Assembly: GCA_049424145.1 (NCBI GenBank)
Contig: JBMSSC010000011.1
Span: forward strand, 1-36,314
Length of the DNA stretch: 36,314 nucleotides
Direction: 5' to 3'
Origin: Bdellovibrionia bacterium
GTDB lineage: Bacteria > Bdellovibrionota > UBA1018
Positions 28,071 to 36,314 of the stretch are shown here, in pieces. The notes under the pieces were generated by a model. It ran no database searches and was not told where the DNA came from. It saw nothing but the letters and a program-made list of their open reading frames with translations. A program made the position numbers and the translations under genes. Positions within the stretch are counted from its first letter, which is position 1. Each line of letters begins with the position of its first letter.

Positions 28071-29011
28071 GTTCTGAAGAAGATACCACGAAACCTCATC
28101 ATTCACCGTTGAAATTCACTTTGAAACCCTTCCTCCAAGCATTGGAACAGAAGTACCACCGTGAGGAGTACCTCCACTCTGATCCACTCGAATTGGTTCA
28201 CCGCTACGAAGACCCCTGGGATCAGGAGGCGGTGGGTTTACTCGCAGCCCTTTTGGCGTATGGAAAAGTCGGACAAATCCGCAAGTCGATCCAAAACACG
28301 CTGGATCGGATTCACGCCATGTCCGATAGCCCCAAGGCTTGGGTTCACCGCTTTCAGGATCCAAGGTTTGTGAAAAAAGCCTATTTGCAGTTTGAGGGAT
28401 TCACTCATCGCTTCAATACCGGGGAAGACATCGTTCAATTGTTCCATCTTTTAAGTAAAAGCTGGAGTCGTTACGGATCATTAGGGGGGCATTTTTGTAG
28501 CAGACTTGAGGATCACTCGAGCATTGAAAAGCCCCTCTCGGAGTTGATCCGAGATTGGAGACAGCAGATCCCTTCTACGTCTCGAAGTTTTAACTACCTA
28601 CTGACTTCACCTGAGGAGGGCAGCTGCTGTAAGCGTTGGTGCCTATTTCTTCGGTGGATGGGAAGAAAAGACGGCTTAGACCCAGGGCTTTGGACGGAGC
28701 ACTCGCTCATGAGTCGGACATTTCCCACCCCCAGGCGCTTATCCTCAGATCAGCTGGTGATGCCTCTCGATACTCACACGGGTCGGATCAGCCAGTACTT
28801 AGGACTGACCTTACGCAAATCTTTAAACTGGCGTGCCGCACTGGAGGTGACAGAATCGCTAAAAAAAGTGGATGAACGGGATCCAACCCGATATGATTTT
28901 GCCCTCTCCCGTCTTGGCATCTTAGAACTCTGTCAGAAATCCTATCGGAAGGAGATATGTCAATCATGTCAATTACTGCCCGTTTGCCGATTTGCTCAAC
29001 AAAGAGCCTAA
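28049..29011 (+). CDS. TIGR02757 / DUF2400 family protein (HhH-GPD-like)
   Basis: DPLELVHRY, LAYG, KRWCLFLRWMGRKD..D.GLW, PLDTH, DPTRYDFAL; true start probably TTG 28109 or 28121. Confidence 0.88.
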   Translation: MKPDERACSEEDTTKPHHSPLKFTLKPFLQALEQKYHREEYLHSDPLELVHRYEDPWDQEAVGLLAALLAYGKVGQIRKSIQNTLDRIHAMSDSPKAWVHRFQDPRFVKKAYLQFEGFTHRFNTGEDIVQLFHLLSKSWSRYGSLGGHFCSRLEDHSSIEKPLSELIRDWRQQIPSTSRSFNYLLTSPEEGSCCKRWCLFLRWMGRKDGLDPGLWTEHSLMSRTFPTPRRLSSDQLVMPLDTHTGRISQYLGLTLRKSLNWRAALEVTESLKKVDERDPTRYDFALSRLGILELCQKSYRKEICQSCQLLPVCRFAQQRA

Positions 29012-30210
29012 GCCTTCTGTTTGCCCTTTATGGAGCTCTTACCCTCACTTCGATGGCCTGGATGAACGTGGGAGCGGGAATCTTGTTTTTAGCGATCGTT
29101 TTCACGCGCACCGAAAGCCAACCTCAAGAATCTCTACCGCAGGCGAGCTCGGAGCGTCATTTGAGGACCTATTTTCTCAGCTCGATGGCTCTTGCCCTAA
29201 GCTGCGCGGTGAGTTTGCTTGCGGCTGATTGGTTCCCCCTTTCCTGGGCTGGAAAATCCGTGAGCGTTCATTTTTTCAAGGATCTAGCTAAGACCTGGTA
29301 CTTATTTTGGCCTTGCGTTTTGGTGATTGGACTTAAGCGCCTTCAAACGGCGGAGCAAAGGCAGGTTTTAAAAACTTGGCTTTTGGTTTTTTTTCTCCTC
29401 TCGGGATTAGGAGTGTTCCAATACTTCTGGGGCTGGCCTCGACCTCAAAATATCCCCTCAGAGCCTGGCCGGTTTCATGCGACCCTATTTTTAGGCCACC
29501 ATCTGTCTGTGGCCAGTATCTTGATCTTTCCATTTTTTGTGGCCCTCGACACTCTGCTCTGGCGATTCAGAGGCATTCTCACTCCCCTTCCGCAGCTTCC
29601 CACCTTCATCGGCATCCTGCTTGGGCTCTCGACACTTTTTTTAACCTACTCACGAACCCTTTGGTTGGCCTTACCCTTAGGGATAGGTCTTTGGATCCTG
29701 CTGAGCCTGCCTCAAAGGAAAAAACCCCTCAGTATTTTTCTTCTAATCGCCTTCGGTGTCAGTCTCACGCAGATTCCTTCGGTCCAAAATCGCTTGAAAA
29801 CGAGCATCGGAATAGGCCCAAGGCAGGAACTCTGGAGTGCCAACCTAGAGTTTTTTAACCAACGTCCTTGGACCGGCGTGGGCTTTAGAAAAAACGAAGA
29901 GCTCTCAGGCTACTACTTGGTTGAAAAATTTAAATCTAGCGACGTTTTTGCGGGTCACGCGCACAACAATGCCCTGGAGGTTTTGGCAGGAACGGGTTTA
30001 ATCGGACTGATGAGTTGGCTGCTCTGGTGCGGAGTTGTCATTGCGATCCTGCTCCGAAAACGAAAAATCACATCTGATCCATTTCCCATGAGTCGCGCTC
30101 TGCTTTGTGCTTGGGTAGTTTTTCACCTCAATGGGCTCACCCAAGTGAATTTTTGGGAGGGAAAAGTCGAACATCAATTGGCTTGGGTGATTGCTTGGAG
30201 TTTACTCTAG
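28957..30210 (+). CDS. O-antigen ligase (WaaL / Wzy_C) family membrane protein
   Basis: Many TM helices, TYSRTLW, R..LW, PWTGVG and HAHNNALE motifs. Confidence 0.88.
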   Translation: MSIMSITARLPICSTKSLSLLFALYGALTLTSMAWMNVGAGILFLAIVFTRTESQPQESLPQASSERHLRTYFLSSMALALSCAVSLLAADWFPLSWAGKSVSVHFFKDLAKTWYLFWPCVLVIGLKRLQTAEQRQVLKTWLLVFFLLSGLGVFQYFWGWPRPQNIPSEPGRFHATLFLGHHLSVASILIFPFFVALDTLLWRFRGILTPLPQLPTFIGILLGLSTLFLTYSRTLWLALPLGIGLWILLSLPQRKKPLSIFLLIAFGVSLTQIPSVQNRLKTSIGIGPRQELWSANLEFFNQRPWTGVGFRKNEELSGYYLVEKFKSSDVFAGHAHNNALEVLAGTGLIGLMSWLLWCGVVIAILLRKRKITSDPFPMSRALLCAWVVFHLNGLTQVNFWEGKVEHQLAWVIAWSLL

Positions 30211-30371
30211 GGGGATGAATTCTCTGCTGAACGAGCGGAAGCTATTCTGCTGGATCTTTTGGGAGTCCACCCTGAGAGGTCATCAAACCCAACATCAGAC
30301 AGCAGCAGACACCGAAGCAAGGTTCAGACACCTTCTATCTCGACCCTGAACCAGCGAGTTTTACGACGTAT

Positions 30372-30401
30372 TTGATAATGAACTCAAGCGATTCGTATGA
30401 T
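30372..30401 (+). promoter_or_regulatory. Sigma70-like promoter of the epimerase-GT4 pair
   Basis: TTGATA-18 nt-TATGAT followed by AGAGGA SD and ATG 30427. Confidence 0.5.
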
Positions 30402-30426
30402 ATTTCCAGCCGTAAGAGGAATTTTG

Positions 30427-31401
30427 ATGAAACACATTCTGATCACGGGCGGTGCAGGCTTTATTGGCTCTCACTTGTGCGATCGGTTTTTAGAGCGCGG
30501 ATATGCCGTAACCGCCCTCGACAATCTGATCACGGGCAGAAAGGAAAATCTCAAAGACGCGTTCACTCACCCGCACTTTCAATTTTTAGAACGCGATGTA
30601 TGTGACCCCCTGTGGGATCAAGATATCCCCCAAATCAATCCCTATGGTCTTCATGGAGTGCTCCATTTTGCTTGTCCAGCAAGTCCTGTGGATTTTGATC
30701 AAATCCCGTTTGAAATTCTAGCGGTCGACTCAATCGGAACCATGCACACGGTGAAGCTCGCATTAAGCCATCAAGCGCGATACTTGCTAGCCTCCACTTC
30801 AGAGATTTATGGAGACCCCGAGGTTCACCCTCAACCGGAGACTTACTGGGGAAACGTCAACACACTCGGCCCCCGCGCCTGCTATGATGAAACCAAGCGA
30901 TTTGCGGAGGCTTACGTCAGCACCGCTGAACGTCTCAAGGGACTCAATAGCGCGATTGTCCGAATTTTCAACACCTACGGGCCGCGCATGCGAGTGGATG
31001 ACGGACGAATTGTCCCTGAGCTCTGCAGGCGAGCGCTTCAGGGAATTCCTCTGAGCGTCCATGGGGAGGGAAAGCAAACTCGAAGCTTCTGTTACGTATC
31101 CGATCTTGTGGAGGGACTCCTCCGACTTTTTGAGAGTCCAACGCATGAAGTGGTGAACCTCGGCAATCCGGATGAGAAGACGGTACTTGAGTTTGCCCAA
31201 CTGATCCAAAAGATCACCGAGAAATCGGGACCCATTGAGTTTTTACCCGCTCGCCAAGATGACCCAAGGCGACGCTGCCCCGACATTTCTCGTGCCCGAT
31301 CTCTTCTCCAATGGGAGCCTCAAGTGGGGCTCAAAGCGGGCTTGCAACTGAGCCTTGAGTCATTTCAAAAGCAACTCCTATTTCAGAAGTCCAACCGATG
31401 A
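30427..31401 (+). CDS. UDP-glucuronic acid decarboxylase family (extended SDR)
   Basis: TGGAGFIGSHL, HFACPASP, ASTSEIYGDPEVHPQPETYWGNVN, YDETKR, RIFNTYGPRM, DDPRRRCPDI. Confidence 0.92.
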   Translation: MKHILITGGAGFIGSHLCDRFLERGYAVTALDNLITGRKENLKDAFTHPHFQFLERDVCDPLWDQDIPQINPYGLHGVLHFACPASPVDFDQIPFEILAVDSIGTMHTVKLALSHQARYLLASTSEIYGDPEVHPQPETYWGNVNTLGPRACYDETKRFAEAYVSTAERLKGLNSAIVRIFNTYGPRMRVDDGRIVPELCRRALQGIPLSVHGEGKQTRSFCYVSDLVEGLLRLFESPTHEVVNLGNPDEKTVLEFAQLIQKITEKSGPIEFLPARQDDPRRRCPDISRARSLLQWEPQVGLKAGLQLSLESFQKQLLFQKSNR

Positions 31402-32513
31402 TTCGAACAGCTATCATTCACGATTGGCTCACGGGAATGCGAGGTGGGGAGTCCGTCTTAGAGGCGATCTTAGATCTCTTTCCCCAGGCCGATTTATTTA
31501 CCTTGGTTTATGACCCCAAAAAAGTATCTGCCAAAATCCAATCTTTTCCCATCCAAACGAGCTGGCTTCAGAGGGTACCTGGAGCCCTCCAACGGTATCG
31601 CCATTTTTTACCTCTCATGCCGCGTGCCATCGAGAGCTTTGATCTGACTTCTTATGATTTCATCCTCTCCTCGTCTCATTGTGTGGCCAAGGGGGTGCGA
31701 AAGGCAAAAGAAGCCCTCCACGTCAGTTACGTTCATGCGCCCATGCGCTACATCTGGGATCGGTTTGACGATTATTTTGCTCCGGGAAAAGCCTCCTGGC
31801 CGGTAAGGACCGCGGCACAGCTCGTGCGTCAGCCCCTGCAAAACTGGGACTATGCTGCATCACAGAGTCCTCGCGTGGACCACCTCATTGCCAACAGTGG
31901 ATTCATTGCTGAACAAATCGAGCAAGCCTACGGGAGGAGCTCCCAGGTGATTTATCCATTTGCGCGGCTGGAGCGCTTTCTTCAATCTCAACGGATCTGG
32001 GGAGACTCCTACCTCATGGTCACCGCATTTGCTCCCTACAAGAGAGTGGATCTTGCCATTGATGCGTTTAACCAACTGAAGCTTCCCCTTCAAATTGTGG
32101 GCTCAGGACAGGATGAAAAGCGACTCAAGAGTCGTGCGGGCCCCACGATTGAATTCTTAGGCTCCGTGGATGATGGCCGAGTGACTGAGCTCTATCGTTC
32201 GTGTCGAGCATTGATTTTCCCCGGGGTAGAGGACTTTGGAATCACGCCGCTTGAGGCCATGGCCTCTGGGGCTCCTGTGATTGCCTATGGGCACGGAGGG
32301 GTGAAGGAGACTGTGACTGCAGAGACCGGCATTTTTTTCCCCTCCCCGTCTATTGAATCTCTGATCGAGGCAGTGGAGAAGCTTGAGAAAAACTCACGAC
32401 GTTTTGATCCCGAGGCTTGTCGAAAGAGGGCTTCTTTATTTTCCGAAGCTCGATTCAAAGAGGAACTCACTTCATTTCTTACTCAAAAGCTAGGAAAAAA
32501 TCTCTCGCTTTAA
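31398..32513 (+). CDS. Glycosyltransferase family 4
   Basis: HDWLTGMRGGE, YKRVDL and EDFGITPLEAMASG motifs; ATGA overlap with the upstream gene. Confidence 0.93.
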   Translation: MIRTAIIHDWLTGMRGGESVLEAILDLFPQADLFTLVYDPKKVSAKIQSFPIQTSWLQRVPGALQRYRHFLPLMPRAIESFDLTSYDFILSSSHCVAKGVRKAKEALHVSYVHAPMRYIWDRFDDYFAPGKASWPVRTAAQLVRQPLQNWDYAASQSPRVDHLIANSGFIAEQIEQAYGRSSQVIYPFARLERFLQSQRIWGDSYLMVTAFAPYKRVDLAIDAFNQLKLPLQIVGSGQDEKRLKSRAGPTIEFLGSVDDGRVTELYRSCRALIFPGVEDFGITPLEAMASGAPVIAYGHGGVKETVTAETGIFFPSPSIESLIEAVEKLEKNSRRFDPEACRKRASLFSEARFKEELTSFLTQKLGKNLSL

Positions 32514-32521
32514 AATATGCT

Positions 32522-32550
32522 TTGATTTTTAAATTTTATTAATTTAAGTT
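32522..32550 (+). promoter_or_regulatory. Sigma70-like promoter giving a leaderless DUF4337 transcript
   Basis: TTGATT-17 nt-TAAGTT, then 6 nt, then ATG 32557; no SD. Confidence 0.45.
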
Positions 32551-32556
32551 TGAAGT

Positions 32557-33099
32557 ATGGGAAAGCGACAAACTTTTGAACGAGAAAATCTAGAAGATGA
32601 ACTGATGTCTCAAGACTCCGTGGCAGTGATCGCCTTTGGCGCGTCGGTTTTTGCAGTTCTTGCTGCGATCGCTTCGATGCTCTCCAATTTTCACTCAAGT
32701 GAGGCGATGCTGGATCAGATTCAAGCCAGCAATCAATGGGCCTACTACCAAGCCAAAGGGATCAAAGGCAGCATCTTGGTCAATAAAGTGGATCTACTCA
32801 CGCAGATGGGAAAACTTGCCACAAGCGCGGACATGGATAAGATTGCAGAATATAAAAAAGAGCAGGATCAAATCTCAGAAAAGGCTCGCGAGAAAGAAAC
32901 CAGCTCTCTCACCCACATCCGCAAACACACGATCTTCTCTCGTTCAACCACCTTGTTTCAAGTGGCCATTGGCATGGCTGCCATTGCTGGAATCTCCCGA
33001 CGAAGCCGATTCTGGAAGGTGAGTCTCGTGCTGAGTCTACTGGGGATACTTTTTTTAGCTCAAGGATTAATGAGCGTTCAGAGTTTTTCTCTGCCTTGA
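32557..33099 (+). CDS. DUF4337 family membrane protein
   Basis: AVLAAIAS...QASNQWAYYQAK.IK signature and three TM segments. Confidence 0.8.
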   Translation: MGKRQTFERENLEDELMSQDSVAVIAFGASVFAVLAAIASMLSNFHSSEAMLDQIQASNQWAYYQAKGIKGSILVNKVDLLTQMGKLATSADMDKIAEYKKEQDQISEKAREKETSSLTHIRKHTIFSRSTTLFQVAIGMAAIAGISRRSRFWKVSLVLSLLGILFLAQGLMSVQSFSLP

Positions 33100-34049
33100 T
33101 CTGAATTCAAAGAGATCATGTGAGACAAAGCAGTTTGGCGCTCAACCAGCTCAGAGAGACTCAGGCGAGCGAGCCTCCGAAAACTGAAGTCTTCCACTGT
33201 GAAGCTTGCCATCACACAGCCGGCTAAAACGGCACGCCTTAAGAGCTGATTCCAATGCTGAGGATTGAGTCGAGCCATCTCGCGATGAGCTCCTGCTTCA
33301 GCCAAATACCCCATGAAGGCTCCGGCAAAGCTATCTCCCGCACCGGTTGGATCAATCACGCTTCCCACGGGAAATGCAGGGGCAATGAAGATTCCCGAAG
33401 AAGTAAAGAGCATGGCTCCATACTCCCCTCGTTTGATGATCACCACGGAAGGACCCATTTTCTGAATGCTTTCGGCAGCTTTCAAAATATTCTTCTGCTC
33501 AGAGAGTAAGTAAGCTTCTCCTTCATTTAAAGAGAGAATATCGACACGCTTTAACGTCTTCTTCAGCTCATCGAGCTTCCCGGCAATCCAGAAGTTCATG
33601 CTATCCATGGCCACAAGGCGCGAGGACTCCACTTGATCTAAAACGCTCTGCTGTAAAACTGGATCGATGTTAGCCAGGAACACATACTGAGCTTTTTTAT
33701 GTCTGCCGCTGAGGCTTGGATTAAAGTGCTCAAACACATTTAAAGCTGTGGAGAGCGTTTTTGCTTCATTCATGTTTTGGTCGTAGGAACCCACCCAGTG
33801 AAAAGTTTTTCCCTGAACCACTTGAATTCCTGAGACATCAATTTTTCGGTCCAAAAGCCAATGCAGGTGATCTTTTGGAAAGTCCTCACCCACCACACCC
33901 ACGACTTCCACGGGGCAGTAAAATGAGGCTGCAATGGAGAAGTAGTTGCCTGAACCGCCTAAAACGAGGTCGGCTTTACCGGACGGAGTTTGAATGGTGT
34001 CAAAAGCAAGAGAACCCACGGTTAAAATCGATAGAGAATTCTGATCCAT
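33078..34049 (-). CDS. PfkB family carbohydrate/nucleoside kinase
   Basis: VGSLAFD, LGGSG, IKRGEYG and DPTGAGDSFAG motifs; start at ATG 34049. Confidence 0.92.
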   Translation of the reverse strand: MDQNSLSILTVGSLAFDTIQTPSGKADLVLGGSGNYFSIAASFYCPVEVVGVVGEDFPKDHLHWLLDRKIDVSGIQVVQGKTFHWVGSYDQNMNEAKTLSTALNVFEHFNPSLSGRHKKAQYVFLANIDPVLQQSVLDQVESSRLVAMDSMNFWIAGKLDELKKTLKRVDILSLNEGEAYLLSEQKNILKAAESIQKMGPSVVIIKRGEYGAMLFTSSGIFIAPAFPVGSVIDPTGAGDSFAGAFMGYLAEAGAHREMARLNPQHWNQLLRRAVLAGCVMASFTVEDFSFRRLARLSLSELVERQTALSHMISLNSDQGREKL

Positions 34050-34085
34050 GGGGCGAAGTAAATCCTGAGTTACGCCCCATGTCAA
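34047..34085 (-). promoter_or_regulatory. Promoter plus 9-bp inverted repeat at the pfkB start
   Basis: TTGACA-17 nt-TTTACT-7 nt-ATG; CATGGGGCG (34047-34055) and CGCCCCATG (34073-34081) are perfect inverted repeats. Confidence 0.5.
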
Positions 34086-34120
34086 GTCAGTAAACTCAGA
34101 GCGGAAAGGGCGAAGGGCCT

Positions 34121-34711
34121 CTAATAAATGATTTCTCTTGAGTCAAAAACCGGCTGACGCGACGGCTTTGGCTTGAGCACCTGCTGTGTTTTCATTTGCT
34201 CATCCATCCGCAGAAGAACATCATCCATCGCTTTCCAGCCCATCCCGATACGAATCCAGTTCTCAGGAGTCCCAGAGTTGCTCGAAGATTTTCCGTGATA
34301 GATGAACGTTGAGAAGTCAGCCTCGTCCTGGGCAGTCAAAAACACCGCCACCCAGTCGCCTTGTGTGGTCATCCAAAAACTCCCCAGTTGATCCAAAGTG
34401 ACGGGTAACCCTCGAATGATCTTTTGGTAACGCTTAGGATCCGTAAGTCGACTCCAGGATCGACTCTTCATCGCGGCATCCATGATCCGAACTGAAGGGG
34501 GAAACGCCTTTTCCCATTGTCCAAGGGCCTCTTGCTTTGAAAACTGATGGGCCCAGAAGCCTATAAAAGCTGAGAAAAAGAGCAAACCTAGCGCTTGCGC
34601 GTGGCTTCGAATTGAACTCCATTTTGCCTGAGCACCCTTGAATAGTGAGAATACTCGTTTTGGAGCGCTGAATGAAGCGCGAAGCAAGAAAAAGCAATGA
34701 CTCCAATCCAT
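34121..34711 (-). CDS. Hypothetical membrane-anchored protein at the end of the Tad-like cluster
   Basis: 196-codon ORF with one TM (ALGLLFFSAFIGFW); true start may be later (e.g. TTG 34585). Confidence 0.6.
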   Translation of the reverse strand: MDWSHCFFLLRASFSAPKRVFSLFKGAQAKWSSIRSHAQALGLLFFSAFIGFWAHQFSKQEALGQWEKAFPPSVRIMDAAMKSRSWSRLTDPKRYQKIIRGLPVTLDQLGSFWMTTQGDWVAVFLTAQDEADFSTFIYHGKSSSNSGTPENWIRIGMGWKAMDDVLLRMDEQMKTQQVLKPKPSRQPVFDSREIIY

Positions 34712-34800
34712 AAAATGGCCTCAATAAAAATCTGACCTCGATTGGCTGCGAGCGCTTCCCCAATGCGCTTGCCATAACCCGGTTGCTTGAGAATTGACAA
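34588..34800 (-). CDS. Small TadE-like pseudopilin
   Basis: Perfect SD AAGGAGGT 7 nt before TTG 34800; prepilin site NRG|QIFIE followed by a TM helix. Confidence 0.6.
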   Translation of the reverse strand: MSILKQPGYGKRIGEALAANRGQIFIEAILWIGVIAFSCFALHSALQNEYSHYSRVLRQNGVQFEATRKR

Positions 34801-35434
34801 TGATTGGACCTCCTTCTGTCTTCTGCCCCAAATCCCGAGCTCCCCCCCCTTTCTCCACCGTAGCCTGAGCACGCCTAGGTGAATGAGTCATCTTGAGCTC
34901 AAACGCCTGGGGCATGGCACCGCTCCACTTCAAGGCTTGGAGACCAATCAGATCAGCCGGCGGACGATGAAAATTCAGATCAGGCAGTGGCCAAGCTCGG
35001 TCAAGGATACTTCCGCAGCTCAGGGGCAAACTCCAGCGAAGCTTCCTCAACGACCAGGCTCCTAAAATAACCTCCTGTCGAACAACTTCTGCTTGAAGTG
35101 CCACCTGTAAAGGGGGGATCAACTCTGGATTGGCCTGCGCAAGCACAAGAGCTTTCCTAATCCAACCAATCTCGCGATTCGCACTCTCGAGCGTATTTAA
35201 TGAATCCCTTAAGCTCTGAGCCGCCTGTCCCACGCATCGATCCATTCGAAACTGAGTCTCCACTAAAAACCGCCAATGCCTGAGAAAACCCAACGTGCCC
35301 AACCCTCCTAAAGTCAACAGCATGAACACTGCCAAAAGAGGAAAATGCAATGCCCCCCTTGAGTTGCTCAAATGAATATAAACGGGGTAAACGTTGAACC
35401 TCACTGACACCGGGTTCCTCTCACCATTGCGCAT
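34721..35434 (-). CDS. Tad-associated pseudopilin-like protein
   Basis: SRG|ALHFPLLAVFMLL prepilin-like N-terminus without E+5; context of flp and tadE-like genes. Confidence 0.55.
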   Translation of the reverse strand: MRNGERNPVSVRFNVYPVYIHLSNSRGALHFPLLAVFMLLTLGGLGTLGFLRHWRFLVETQFRMDRCVGQAAQSLRDSLNTLESANREIGWIRKALVLAQANPELIPPLQVALQAEVVRQEVILGAWSLRKLRWSLPLSCGSILDRAWPLPDLNFHRPPADLIGLQALKWSGAMPQAFELKMTHSPRRAQATVEKGGGARDLGQKTEGGPIIVNSQATGLWQAHWGSARSQSRSDFY

Positions 35435-35822
35435 GCTCCAGATCCATCATCTGAACAGAAATCCTCCAATGACCACAGCTTTGAACCCCGAAGACGCCCT
35501 CTTCCTGCGGGATGACTCGAAAAGAGTCGCCTGCAGAGCGCGGAGCCGAGGAGAAAAAAGTGCGCCCAGCACCTTGTTGCTGCCTGGCTAAGTGGGTGTT
35601 TTCAAAAGCCAGATAAGCGCACCGCGCCCGCCGGGCATGTTCAAACATCAGGTAAAAAACAAGGCTCAATATCCCAAACAAGATCCCCACCACCCCTGCG
35701 AACTCCAGGAGGGCCTGCCCACGCATCGTAGTTGGAGATGGACCGAAAACCCATCCTAAGTCACTTTTCCTTCTCTCTCTCATCTTCGACCCCAAAGCCC
35801 AATGCGCCTTCAGGTGGCTCAC
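35421..35822 (-). CDS. TadE-like pseudopilin
   Basis: RG|QALLEF motif plus TM; GGAGG SD before GTG 35822. Confidence 0.7.
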   Translation of the reverse strand: MSHLKAHWALGSKMRERRKSDLGWVFGPSPTTMRGQALLEFAGVVGILFGILSLVFYLMFEHARRARCAYLAFENTHLARQQQGAGRTFFSSAPRSAGDSFRVIPQEEGVFGVQSCGHWRISVQMMDLEHAQW

Positions 35823-35881
35823 CCCTGACCTCCGAGCGTTTTGGTGCGTTCATCAGGGCGCCAAACCCCAGAATCAGAAGC

Positions 35882-36070
35882 TCAGTCAAATGCAATCTGT
35901 TCGTGGATTCTCTTTTGAGCGGTTTCAAGCTTCGCTCTCAAACGACTCCCCACGGTCTTTACGGCTGCAACAGAGACTAATGAAATTAAAACCAGCAGCG
36001 TGATGTATTCGGTGAGACCCTGACCTCTTTGATCTTTTGTCATAGCCTTAAACAACAACGGTGCACCCAT
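35882..36070 (-). CDS. flp: Flp family type IVb pilin
   Basis: DQRG|QGLTEY motif plus hydrophobic helix; start ATG 36070 (ORF open to 36127). Confidence 0.85.
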   Translation of the reverse strand: MGAPLLFKAMTKDQRGQGLTEYITLLVLISLVSVAAVKTVGSRLRAKLETAQKRIHEQIAFD

Positions 36071-36314
36071 GATGATTGACTTCCTTTCCTCTATGTTTGA
36101 ATGTTGGACCAACTTTTCAATCTGCATTTTGCAGCCAAATGAGATCAGGCGAAGTCTACAGACTCAAAATAACTGGACTCCTCACCTGATTCAGCCTTGC
36201 CGTTTCATGCATGATCGGACTTACACAGTAATGAAATTTTTAGGCCACTTTTTTCAGGAAAAACTCGGCAAACTTTGCCTCATCTTCGGACAAAAAGTCT
36301 GAATCTTGGATCGC

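Noticed and set aside
30211..30360. TPP- or glycine-riboswitch-like fragments (CTGAGA...GACCC.TGAACC; CACCGAAG) upstream of the epimerase
   Set aside because: Essential aptamer parts are missing, the downstream genes are unrelated, and the predicted promoter lies downstream of this segment; an Infernal/Rfam scan would settle it.
1928..30375. Genome-wide TAG recoding, suggested by the split HAD gene, open frames after TAG at 16175 (44 codons) and 30210 (54 codons), and tolB TAG being in frame with the next ORF
   Set aside because: Long conserved genes (carB, recG, recA) contain no internal TAG, and TAG ends tolA, tolB and pgpA at normal lengths; the extensions are compatible with chance.
2203..36302. 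Numerous short ORFs (60-160 aa) antisense to or out of frame within long genes, e.g. 29376-29858, 30799-31209, 32636-33022, 34434-34775
   Set aside because: Shadow ORFs of well-supported genes with no motifs or initiation signals.

Overview
Bacterial chromosomal window of moderate GC. Gene content and protein styles suggest Bdellovibrionota/Oligoflexia (inference, no search run). Core genes: tolQ-tolR-tolA-like-tolB, thiolase, recA, pgpA, recG-greA-Zn protein-carB, TIGR02757, a small polysaccharide block (O-antigen ligase, UDP-glucuronate decarboxylase, GT4), DUF4337, a PfkB kinase and a Flp/Tad pilin-pseudopilin cluster. Two regions stand out. (1) 7185-11613 is a tight three-gene operon joining a divergent RelA/SpoT-like nucleotidyltransferase (TIGR04552-like) to a degenerate flavoprotein and a four-module Fe-S fusion. 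(2) About 13.2-21.1 kb is an accessory block between an XRE regulator and recG in which all six genes appear to encode exported proteins: an orphan, a HAD/DUF2608-like phosphatase split by one in-frame TAG, a eukaryote-like F-box + 28-aa LRR protein, a caspase-fold-like His/Cys protein, a lipoprotein-like protein and a PD-(D/E)xK nuclease-toxin-like protein with no adjacent immunity gene. Several genes appear to be transcribed as leaderless mRNAs. No rRNA, tRNA, CRISPR array, integrase or transposase was seen. All family calls come from motif recognition, not database searches.
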